Shown here one piece after another: positions 38,497-51,290 of a stretch of 64,000 bases of DNA (within the stretch, counting starts at the first letter, position 1; each line of letters starts with the position of its first letter). The position numbers were made by a program, and so were the translations under genes. A model generated the notes under the pieces. It did not search any database, had not been told where the DNA came from, and worked only from the letters and a program-made list of their open reading frames with translations. Origin of the DNA: Balanoglossus misakiensis (taxonomy: Eukaryota > Animalia > Hemichordata); assembly GCA_040954595.2 (NCBI GenBank), contig CM082580.2:14024289-14088288 (forward strand). The letters are read 5' to 3'.

Positions 38497-41400
38497 AATG
38501 TTTCACCTGTTATCAATGGCCTTGTCGGTGCTGAGTATGATTCAACCATTACTGCGATGGGTGTATTACATCATATGCGAATGTTTCAATGTATTTAGGG
38601 GAAACAAATGAAAATGTTCTTATATGCTTTCTCAACACGCTATCATTTTAGCGGATTGTAAATTACATATCTGCAGGAATGGTCCAGTATAGCAGATCAT
38701 TCATTCATCCATATGGCTATCAGACACCGCTTTACTTCACCAGCCATGCACAGAGATGTATATAGACAGCTCTTTTGCATTGAGACTTTGGGGTACCATG
38801 TAATACCCCTGCTGCTATCATTTCATGGCCAAATCCTTCGATTCAGATAACGATTACGTCCAAATCTCTGACAGTCACACGCACAATTCTTCACTCTGAA
38901 ATATTGAATAGCCACATTGTTAAATATTTACTCGTCATTTGCCAAACGCTTGCGGCGTAAACAACTTTCCAGGATATTGAAGAACAGTTTAATAAGAAAC
39001 AGTGGGCTTTCCCTGAACGGCTTCCTTGTCATTTTTCGACGAAACTCAAGTCAATCCGGGATCATCGTTTATCCCTCCGGGGACGGAGGTATTCCAAGGA
39101 TTCCGGTCCCACAGGGTGACTAAGCACAACATGTATTTGACTAAAATGAACTATTAAAGGGCGGCGATCCTCTCATGCGCATCTGTCAAACAAGAGATTA
39201 ATGGTTACAAAACATGTATTACAGTCAGTGCCATAAGGCAGTGTGCTGTCCTAACAACAGACTAGATGGCGGCGACCATAGTCAGTGTCGGTGATTGGGA
39301 AAAGACAGCGAATTGGGTGAAAAGAAGGGACAAACAGTGTGCATGAAATATGGAAGGAAACGAGGACAGTCCACGATTTGAATGCCTCAAACGCAAAATT
39401 TGCAGAACTTTTGGAATCGACGTGAAGTCAAACGAGAAATTTAGGAAAACACAGAAAGCACAAATTCTTAATATTGATCTAATAAGTCAATCAAGCACAG
39501 TCATTCTAGTCTTATTTTAAGAACCGAAAAGGTACATGTACTACCCAGTTGTTTTTGCCCAGTTCAATATCCGCGAGGCACCATGTTTGATTAAATTAGA
39601 GAAATTCACACATAGATAGAACATCACACATTGCGTTTATCTGATAAAGAACACTATATATACCGGTATATAGCCTTTATCGTAATGAAATCTTTCTATG
39701 TAATCAATATAGGAGCAAAGGAGTTTGTGAGGTGAATTCCTTTCATTGGATCGCCGTATCCTGTTAAGGGCTAAATTCAACAGTGATATATTCGTAATGT
39801 AATCAATACGCCTCTCGTGACGTCACTGACCAGGTTCTATTTTCTCAAGATATAGGATTTCGTCTCTAAAATACCATGTGTTAATTTTGCACTATCATCT
39901 CAACTATTTTAAAACCCAAAATTGCAGCAATGTCGAGTTTGGTCAAAGGGTTACAAACCCTGGCCGTTGCTATTGTTGAACCCGTACTTCTGACACTGAG
40001 TTTGTGTCAATGTTTTGCTTTGGAACCCCCCCCCCCCCCAAAATGATTACTGACTTTAATCTGGAGTTACCGCTGTATGATCGATGAGGTATGCATTGAG
40101 ACTTTTGATCCTCCATAAAGACCCTGCAATTAGATGATATTTTGCAATCTTGTTGTCATAGCAGAGACATTGACACGTAAAGCAAATTATCGCCACGGCG
40201 ACGATTTAGCTGTAACATCAAACAACCAAGCTTTGGAACTGATCTCTCCTGAGCGCGATCTCTTTACGAGAGGAAAAGTGTAAAACTGGTCAATTATCTG
40301 CTGATCGTTTTGACTGCTTGTTATCACATATCCGTGTTTGTACCTGGCCTGTTGATATGGCAACACAGCAGTCCACTGTCAACAAGGTTAAATGTTCATC
40401 GTTGCCAATTACGGCCTTATGAACTGTATATACAAGGCCACGACTATCCCTGCTAGCGTGGAATCAAGATTTTATTTCGTGTTGCTAAAGGCTAAATTGC
40501 ATTGATTTTATAAAGATGTCTGTGTCGGCTGATTATCCAGATTTTCAACGCTCGGCATGACTGTCGGAGCGAGACACAGACTACATAGGAGTTTTACCTA
40601 GTAATGTAGACAGATATCGATATAACATTTAGCTACCGTGTGTGTGAAAATAGGAGCTGTCAAGGTAAAGAAAATAACATAATGTCTGTCTGTCTGTATG
40701 TCTGTCTGTATTTTATTTGCTTTTAAAATAAATTGTTTATTTTGACAGAATGTGAATTGCTTTTATCTCTGTACGATCATTAAAATGCATGCTGCTTCCA
40801 TTTCAAGCCTAGTCACATTCTGTTTTCTTTTTGTATAGAAACGCCGTCGATCATACATGATTGATGATAAAGTCCATACCATGGAAGATTCTTGCTATTC
40901 ACAGAAGATCGTCTAGTTCACGGGTGGCATTGCTTATTATTTCACCATCTCAGCCAAAGTCACGCCTTGCTGTGATTTCAAGCCTTCGGTTATAGTATAA
41001 ATCACTCCCACTCTAATTGCCCAATGTTTGTTTTTTATCTTTTGCCGTGTGCGTATGCGCGTAAAGCATACTAGTGCCACATATTGTGAACATCTCACGA
41101 CCTTTAAAAGATCACCAAAATGTTGAGGTTAGAAACCTAGATATAAATTTGAAGGAAATCATCAGGAAACTGTTTCTCCTCACGTTATGACACCTGTGTG
41201 AGAAATTTGTCGGTTCACCCATCAAGATATCACTACTAATATGCACAGCTTCGCGCTGCACTAAATTCTTACAGCGTAAAAGCAATAAGAAAAGCCGACG
41301 CTTCTGTTACATTTTTAAGAGCCATAGTAATTTCTGAACGACCGCTTTGTAACTGGGAGAAAATAAATTAGATTAATGTTTTGTGAAGTGGTGGAAGAGA

Positions 41401-44400
41401 TGTTATCATGATGCTGATACATACTTAGTGTTGGCATTTCACTGCCGAGACATTTGATATTTCTGAGAAGGGTTTAATGTTAAGGTGATAAAATTAGACG
41501 GCAGCTTTGTGATGAAATAACATAAAATATGTTGTTGCTATAGAGCCTTCATGTCACGCTTGTTTTCCTGTCCGCTGATGACCTGGTAATTGTTATGACC
41601 ATGGCAGTGATCAAACTTAAGTGAGTTGTCTGCACTCACTTTCCATAATGTTATCTCAAAATGACGGTAAATATACAATGTTTTTTCGTCCTCGTTGACA
41701 GTGACACACAGCAGCGGGGGAGAATTGACCTCATAATGACTGAACGTCAAGTCAAGTTTTAATGAGTTATAAACATTAATCGCCGATTATGCACATGTAA
41801 CATCTTACATACAATAATCCACATGCTAGGAAACCCTTTTTGGTGAGCCTGTCTGTCTGTCTGTCTGTCTACCTTTACATCTATTGTCGAAAATACTCGT
41901 TACCTGTCTGTAAACATTGTTTGTAACTGAAGCAATACTTTTTGAACACATGAGTGAAGATTGAACACATGAATGGAGTCATGCATTAGAAAACGTCTCG
42001 TCGACTAAGCTTACAAGACAACTGAAAGCTCGTCCAAGCCAAGCGCTCATTATGGTTCTTAGAAATGATTATGTCTATGCCCTTGAGCATATGACTTCAA
42101 ATCATCCATGCTATGAGATCTGGTAAATGTTTCTAAAATGATTCAGTGTCAGTGAAGCGATTGGCCAAGCCAATTTCCACGATGAGAAGAATGGAGAGTG
42201 ACTGCTAATCGAAGACTGTTCGGATCGCTGAACCGAGTCCCTGAGACGGTCACTGCTGTTGTGTATGATACGTTTTCGCAACACCGTGCGAAGCCGATCA
42301 TGTTTTCTCTTCAATATGCGATAGATGCTTGTTAGACTGAAACTACTTCGAGGATCAACAAACACGCAAATGCATGGATGGCTCTGATGAAATAACCAGA
42401 TGTAGCCTATAGTACAACACCTGGTACAAATCTACCCACACATATTGTCAAATACATTTTTTGTCAAATCGAATATTTCTCTGACATTTAGATCTGTCGT
42501 GCACGCTTTATTGTTTTGTTTTTAGCTGCGTTTAACGTAAGTGATATTGAAAGCAATCAAGGCTCCGTTTTTCGGGAATGATTTGTATATCCCGTGTGCA
42601 TCCGGGAATCGACCCTCATCTATCGTCAGTTGACACACACCCTAGGCACGCTGTTGAACCGTCCATAAAGCAAAGATTCTACCGTTAATAGCTTTTCTTT
42701 CCAGGCACTTAACTTACGTCATGTTTAACTTACACAATTAGATTTACAATTGGCGGATTATTAAGAAAATTACAAATTCATCGCCGGTGACGCGTGGATC
42801 TTGTCTCCATGGAAATATCGTAGAGGTCGAAGTTGACATAATATGTCTCCTACTTGTTCAACGATTCTTTAAAAAATCACATGTTAGTCTCCATGACAAC
42901 CGTTTTAAAACTCTCGGTAGAAATGTTCACAGTACTCTGCCCCATATCCTGTTTCATAATAAATTCACAAACTTCTAATTTCGCCATTGTATGGTCATAA
43001 TATTGCACAGCGAATTGCAGGCGACCGACCCTAGTTTAGGGGACAAACAGTGCCCTCTAAGATTGGTTATTGGCGCGATCTGAATTATATTCAAAGGTAT
43101 CAGCACAACACGCTATGCCTACATACATTTTATCGATGGTATTTTTTGTTTTATGAAAACAATTTTATGAGAACAATTTGTTCATCTTTGTAGTTCTCAT
43201 ATTTCAATGATTGTCCCAGTCTGGCATCGTTCTATGAACATGAGGTTAATGCCAATTATGTTTTTTCCCCTCTACTATTTTATCGATAGCAGTTCTCGAG
43301 TCGTATATGTTTACTGAACAAAAATCCCGTGTTAACATTTAAATAAAACCGATTTAAAAGGCGATTCTTAGGCCACAGAATTACAGATGAAGGCGTTATA
43401 ACATTCTGTGTAGACTAGATTCAAATCGATGAATAGAAAATAAAATTCATCTGCGACAGCTTGCGTATCCCTCTCACTATTCCATGCAAACTCTGTTTGA
43501 ATTAAGTTGTAGTTCGTGGCATCAGAGTAGAATCTATGGACTCGAGGGCTGAAGGCAATCCAGCCAGTAGATGATTTACCGCTCATTGCGAGATCTCGCG
43601 AGACTTGGTTAGCAACAGGTTGCACTAAGTACCCAAAGTCAAGCTTTGTATGAAACTAAAGTAGGTGCAAAGTTTAACAAAAATTATGTGCCGTTCAACA
43701 CGATTGGTCGCGTATAAACTGTCTAGCCACGCGAGATGTCGCATAGTCTTCAAATGTGTTTGCTCGGAGTGCTTGAAAGTCTTTGTCATGTTTACCGCGA
43801 ACTCTGGTCGGTCTTCAAGGATGCTCATCTCAGCGAGGAAATGAAATCTCCACGCATAAACCTCATAAACGGACACACTCGCTGTGCAATGTTGTAGAGA
43901 ACAAATATATTATGAATGAATATTTTTATAAATTACCCTTTGCATGCTATTGACACCCCGCTAAATCGCTTTGATTTTTTTCTGACCCCGCCGAGCGGTG
44001 ACGTGTGGTGAACATTTGTTTTCAAAGCTGTTATTCTCGGCATCACTGAGACGCCTTCTCATCCCCAGTCTTTGTCCGTAATCAAAGAAAAGTTCATGGC
44101 TTCTAAGAAAGTACTTTTATATTCCTAAAATCCAGATGTGCTCTTATGGATGTCGTGCGCCAAAAGTCACGAGGAGACAAGACTAAAAAACACAGAAACA
44201 AACACGAAGCATTTTACGCTATGTCTGCGTACTTACTTTATAGGAGATATTGAGCGTTTCGCCCACAGCGACGGAGTGTGCGAACGCAAATAGCAGCCGA
44301 AAAGCAGAAACGTCGGGATCACAGCCACTTTACAGAGTCATCGCCTGGCTACTTGTCCATGTTGTGAACCTTTTAACTCCACGATCACTCGAGCATACTC

Positions 44401-47400
44401 ATCAGACCATAAGAAATGCAGCACGCGTCGTGTCATTGAAGTACTCGGCTGAACGCAAATTCATCTGTGCCATCGCTTTAGTTCCCAGGTATCTATTTGC
44501 TTCTGCAGTCAGACGGGTGATGCGTTCAATGTGCAATCACGTGAACCAGTCATTCATCAGTCTGTCGGTAACAGCCAGTGTTTAGTTTGGTTTGTCTTAA
44601 TTTCCACGTTCTCACCCCGCACGAGTTCTGAATACGAGCAGGAAATCCTCCACAGATGAGGTGCTCACGGTGATAAAACGACTATAAGCGCGCTACACTC
44701 ACTGTGTTCCTCAACACTAGTCGAGTGGCCAAACATTTCAAAGCTCGTAGTACTATGCATGCTGATGATGGACAGTGGTGTACGTCATCTGTTCAAGGGA
44801 GCAGTGTCGTGTGCTCACAGAATGTTGAGCGAATAGTCTCTCTCTTGCGGTTGTTTTCCTAGCGGCATCAGCAGTCACGTGAACGATCCTGCCAATCAAG
44901 TGGATCACGTTCAAAATTAAAATGAATATTGTTGAGATCGGATTTCCTTCAAAAACATTTTTTGGCTGTTTTTATTTTAAGTTTGCTGTTGGGCTTATCA
45001 AATACAATCTATACCAGTCAACTAATTATCTGTCAAACCAACAGAACACATACCGAAGATCGTGCTGTGGAAAGTTCAAATACATGTATGATTTAGCTAT
45101 TTTGGTTTGTCTTTGAATATTATTTAGGATGTTTATATACATGACTTTTTACTGATCAACCCACACCCATTTAATGGTCATTACACACAAATATTCACAT
45201 CACACAATATTTGGTTTGTACCAGATATCATACCAGTCGTTGTATAGACATGTTTTGCCAATAAAGGTGTGATCTTAGTTGTAACAACTGGTGATTGAGC
45301 ATGCATATTTTTATGAGGTGTTCTGGTAAAATCAAGACAAGTTTAACTAATTTGCCTTACTTTCTAAACCGACTATCGGACTAGGAGGAGCATGAAGAGA
45401 GATATTTGCTGGCCAAACACTGTTTATTGGACAGGAACTTCCACTGTACAGAAGGCCGGCATTTAAGTTTACCAGACAGATCATCTTGGTCCAAAAATTC
45501 AATGCGGTTTTCGTACATTTCCATGTCAGTTGTTGATGACGTTAAGTGTTGACCCGGAACTAAATTATTTCATTTGGCTTCAGAGTGTACAGAGAAACAA
45601 AACCCTTTCATTGGAAGAGTGTGTTTCTTCCTTTTATTGTTTACAGAGTTGTCTCTATCAATGAAAATCAATAACGTGTAAACAACATTAATACTTTCGA
45701 CAGTAATGTGCGGAAATTTGTCGCCGCAGTCTACACACGATGTCGCTGTCTAACAATACAAGTGCTAAAAATAAGCAAATTTAGTTATCCGACCCAATGA
45801 CGCAAATCGTTCGATGTTTGCCATCAACAACACACTCTAGACATTTCATTGAACAGTGTCGTTTTCGCACTTTCTTTCTCGAATTCTCTTTGGTGACCGG
45901 AGTCTCCACAATACTCTCATCTCACTCCCTAGAGACCTCCCGTGGCCATTACGCAAGATCACCCGTCTTATAGAAGAAAATTACCTTTTAAAAATAAAAA
46001 CGGAAATCACGGTGGTAACGAAAACCCAAATTTACATGCTTATAAACAGTTCAAGATAATCAAATAACATTTTCTGACAAACAGACCGAACACTGCAGTC
46101 ACGACTGGTGTCAGATCACCGGCCGCCCATGAGGCCAAGCACGTAGGAGCTGAGATGCATCCACAGTCGTGCTCATTAGTGTATGTACGTCATATCTGAT
46201 ACACAAGCCCCCTTTAAAGGTGTTGAAGGCCACATAGCATTTTACTTGTTACCTCTAGCAATCGCAAGCCTTGGGGGATTTATCTTACAAAAATGTAATT
46301 TTGGTATTATTTTGTCTGAGAAATTAATATTTCATTCGAAACAGAAGAATACATGTGCGTGGGGTAAACTGTGTTATGTACTCTCGTTCCTGACTGACAG
46401 CGCTTTAATTGTCGGCGTTTCGAAGAAGTTATTAAAATTACACTGAAACAAATAGAATCGGCATTCTCGTTGCGAGCACATTATCGAACAAATTACCGCT
46501 AAGTAGCACAATATTTAGAATCATGGATGATTAGGCCTATGCAATGTCAAAGTGTGTATGTATTGAGAAGAACGGTAATTTGGGCCTTGTATTGTCAACA
46601 TTTATGAAAAGAGAGGTTTTTGATGGCTTGTCACGTTTTTGCAAATATAATGTGGGTGAGGTTTCTTCTGTCATAGCGGTCAAGAAAGGCCCCTCAAGGT
46701 AACCAATATACCTTAAGACTACATTTACACGAGACAGGACTGCTTAACAAAACCAGCTATTCTGACCATTATACCCGAACGGTTGCAATACGTGACGCGA
46801 TAGATGATACCACAAATAAATTTCAAACATCTACGATGTTCAAATTAATTGGGATTGCGGCTTTTATAGCAAGCGCGCCGTGGTGTCAAATTCTAAGCTT
46901 AAAATTACTCGAAGTGGTGAAAAAAAGTTTATATCTCAGAGAGGTTATTCATTCATCTACAGTTTAAGTTAATTAGAATCGTATATCTCGAGTTACTCTG
47001 TGTACAAATTGGCGTTTTACAAATGAACGGAAGATTAGTCGTTCAAAAAATGTTGAATGATTGCATGGTTTCTTCGCATTAGTTTTTTTTTCCGAGAATT
47101 TCAAGATTTGCTGTTGAATTACTCTGTGAACGTTTCTTGTAAATTGTTTATTCCTACAAGCCGCGGAGTAAAAATGTTGTCCACAAAGCTATTATCGTTT
47201 CGAGTCGCATTTAAATCCTGCTGTTCATTCATTGGAGCTTCGCGTGACATTTCTTAATACTTGACAAAAAGCACGTGCAACATGTGGTTGCGATTTGACC
47301 AAAACAGGCCAAGCACAACAATGACTTCAGGGTCATTCGATCAGAAGCAAGCAATAGCTATTATCGGAAACCAGAACAAAGCAACTAAATATATTTAAGC

Positions 47401-49183
47401 GTCTTTAAAATATTTCATTTTCCTTGGCGTTTGCCATTGTTTGTAGGACACAAACTGTTGGGGACATGTTATCTGTTCTGTCGGGATTTAGAGAACCCTT
47501 GATATAGTAGGCATCGAAGAAGGGAAAACAAATCTTATTACTCTAAATTAGACGCATGTCGGTTTATTTAAATTGATTTAACACAAGAATGTTCATATAC
47601 ATGCTGTTCAAAATGATGTTTACGCCAGAGCATTGTGCAAATTGTCTTCGCATTGAAAATTAGATAGATGATTGCAAAATACCCTGGGTAGAAAACTGGG
47701 CGGAATTAGCAGGGGGCTAGGGGATCGGCGAGCAATTTATTAGAAAAACATCAAAATGATTACTATTTTTGTCAAAACCTCACAATCACATCACAATAAA
47801 TCTGGTATCGTGCAAACCTACCAGACTCTTGAATGTTATTGAATATTAGCAACTGAAATGGTAAAGAAGTTCTTTGCTGAATGTATCCTTGCGAAAGTTT
47901 AAAACCGGTTGCACCAGGTTGGTGTTGTTTCAACGTTAAGTGCCTCAGAAGAGACCTCTGCATCAATGAACGCTTTCACAGCGGTGTCGTAAAGAATTCA
48001 GACAAACGGGATAAAGGAGAGCTCTGTAGTCGTTCATCATCGCCATATGCCCCAAGCCCACTTTCTTTCCCTGAATTATTGTCTATTAAGCAAGAAGACA
48101 TAATACCTAGAAGTAAACGAACTGCGCCTTATTTTGTCTGCGCTGCGATTAACTTGACAGAACACTGGGACTGCAACATCCGTTATCACCTCGTGACTTC
48201 CCGATATATCTCTCGTTTACTCTTTCGTGAGACGTCGTCTGTCCGTTTTACGTCGTGTGGCCCTCCAGGGGATGTAGCACTAAACACACTCACAAGCCGG
48301 ATATAGGTGTATTTGTGGCCGTATACCTCAAGGATACACTCTGCAAGAAGCAGGACAAAGTCATCAGTCAATGTGATATTCATTAAGTCTCTGAAGCTAG
48401 CAACTCTTCAAAATAAACATTCATGTACATACTTATTTTTTTGTAATGTAGGGATTTAGAAGAAAAGCTTATGGAAATTAATAAACGAATCCTCAACGGT
48501 TTTCAAAAAGCGTCAAACAATAATACAATCTCGTTGCTGATTGGTTCGAGCCACGTGGACTACCTGAATATGGTAATGCACGTATAGGCTTCCATGTTGA
48601 TGCGGAGCGCAGACAACTCAGAACAGAGTTTCTGCGCTGTTTATTTTGCTGTAAAGGCCGCGGTAAGTAAAGTAACAGAAGTAGACATAATTACTCAGTA
48701 ATTGACTAAACGTATAGGTTATATTTTGGCGAGTTCCGGACAACCAAGTCACACGTCCGACGAGCACTGAAAAAGAACACACGTCACAGTCAAACAGCTC
48801 GAGTCAGTACAAATTCCTTTCTTTCGCGTTACCCAAACTGAGATGGGTGTTGTAGCTCTTTCGGTAAATTGGTAGCGGGTTCGCGCGTGGTCAGTTCGTT
48901 TTCGAGTGTGAGCGAATGCAAATTTCGTATTATACCAGCCCACAATTGTAAAAAAAAAAACCTGTTAAGTAACCAAATTGCCAAAGTGAATGAAATTCCA
49001 GGCAACTATACATATTTAAATGATGTACCATCTGTGAATGAACAACAGTTGGTGTGCGGTGATCACGGCAGACGTTTTGATTCGTGTTCATGGATATAGA
49101 CATTCACTTCAACGTACTTCTACTTATTTTACAGATGCGAAGACCAGATGAACTGATAATATCCAGCAACCGAGCTGAGGCCG

Positions 49184-51071
49184 CCATGCAACTTGAACTG
49201 GGCGAGGCCAGTGCTTGTATGTTCCATGGCCGAGTGGACTCCAGTGGCTGCTGTGAGGTTTCAAGCCAGATGTAACAAGTAAGCCATATTTACATGTACA
49301 TTAAAGCGTCATTATCAACCAAGCCTGAGTCTGGCTGGTGCCGGTACCCAGCTCAGTGCAATATGTGGATGTCATTTCGGAGTTTTTAAATCAACGTCTT
49401 TTTGTTATGGCAAAAACAAGTTCACCGATTTTGAATGCTTCGAAAGGTGCTCGTTATTGTGTGTGTGTGTGTGTCAAGGTAAGCTGTGTAATTCCGGCCA
49501 TGCAACTGTAACTTCATGAGGTAAGCGCTTGTATGTTCCATGGCTGAATGAAGACCAGTAGATGATATGAGGTTTCATAACAAGTAAGTGATATAGACAT
49601 AAATAAAATCCCCGGGGCGGGTGGGTCCCATCCCTCAAACCGTCGGTTAATACATAAAATAAGCTTTTTGAGCTTTGTAATCTTTCATCATTATTCAATA
49701 AAAAAATATTACAAACATACACGCAATCATAACACTGGGAGTGGTTTATTTCCGTACCCATCATCTTCGCGCGTGCGTATATAGTTAATATAAGTTTTTT
49801 TTTTTTTGAGATTTGTAATCTTCGTCATTTTTCAATAAAAAAATTATTAAAAACATGCACGCACTGATAAAACTGGGAGTAGTTTATTTCCGTAACGATC
49901 ATCTCCGCGCGTCCATGTGTCTCTGTTAGCCTGTTTTGAGATTTGTAATCTTGTCTTTTTCCCTTTATCGAATAAAATTTTACTAAAAACATCCTGGTGT
50001 AACATGGGAGTGGTTTATTTGTTAGGATCATCTTCGCGCGTGTGTATATCTGTTAGTCTATTTTTTGAGATTTGTAAACTTGTCTTTTTCCCTAACAACA
50101 ATAAAAATTTATTTAAAAATATATATACTAGTATAACCTTGGAGTGATTTATTTGGCACCCGTCGTATCATCCTCGTGTATGTGTAGGCCTACAGGTGGT
50201 TGCTCATGAATATTAGTGAGCTTGTTAATATTCATAAGCTTATTAATATTCATGATGTCTTTGGGGATAGAGGTCAAATTGACACTAACAGTGTCAGCCC
50301 GATTCTGTTATTATAGTAATATAAGCTGTGTATGTATACTTTCCAGAATTGTTTTTGAGATTTGTAATGTTTTTCAATTACTTCAATGAATGTAATTTTT
50401 TTCTCTTACTATTAACTCCAATGTACAGCGGGTCTAATGATCTGACCACTTTCAGAAATGTGTATTTTTAGTCGCTTAATATTATTGTGTTCAAATATGA
50501 TCATTGTATTTCATTCAAGTTTATCAATATGAGGGTTTTGTTCTATGTTAAAACCACAGAACGTATTGTATATCTTTTTGTGTGGTCTTTAAATCTGTGT
50601 TTATTTGAATTCTTGTATTTTCAATAAAACTAGAATAAAACGAAAGAATTCCTCATCTCTGTATCATTTTATTCAATCAGTATTAGGATTATTATTGAAA
50701 CGTGGTCAAAAGTCGGTCCTTGATTTGAAAACAAAATCTTTTCCCACTGACTGTATACAAGTATCCTGCTTGCATCAACCCAGCTTTATACAAACCTCTA
50801 CAGTATGTAACAAATGGTTGCTATATGAACATAAAATTTCAATGTTTGAAACCAACATCAATTTGTTATGGCACAAACAAGTTTACCGACTTTGAATGCT
50901 TCGAAATGTGCTCGTTGTAAGTGTCTGTGTGCGTGTGTGTGTGTCTGTGTGTAAGTTGTATATACCAGCCATGCAACTGTTTCAACATGAGGTAAGTTCT
51001 TGTATGTTTCATGGCCGAGTGAAGACCAGTGGATTTTATGGGGATTTCAAGGAGTGTTTAACAAGTAAGTG
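49184..51071 (+). repeat. Three diverged copies of a ~95-bp segment; copies 2 and 3 share a further ~95 bp upstream
   Basis: CCATGCAACT...CTTGTATGTTCCATGGC...CCAGT...TAACAAGTAAG at ~49184-49283, ~49498-49590 and ~50969-51071; TTTGTTATGGCA.AAACAAGTT.ACCGA.TTTGAATGCTTCGAAA at ~49401 and ~50862. Confidence 0.8.
49666..50186. repeat. Degenerate ~130-bp tandem repeat, 4 copies (plus a fragment at ~50352)
   Basis: Recurring TTTTGAGATTTGTAA...AATAAAA...GGAGTGGTTTATTT...ATCATCTTCGCGCGT blocks starting at ~49666, ~49803, ~49934 and ~50062. Confidence 0.8.
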
Positions 51072-51290
51072 ACACAATCTCCATTAGGGATGGATTCTTT
51101 TTTTCCACTGAACGGTAATGTACATCCTCTTCATTAAAACTGAATTTGTGATCATTTAAAAACTGTTTTCAATAAAAATAAAATAAAAAAGGCAACTCGT
51201 GTCTGTATCATTTTATTCAACCAATGCTAAGATAATTATTGAAACTGATAAAATGTGTCCATTTAAAAATCAGTTGTCTCATTGACCCTC

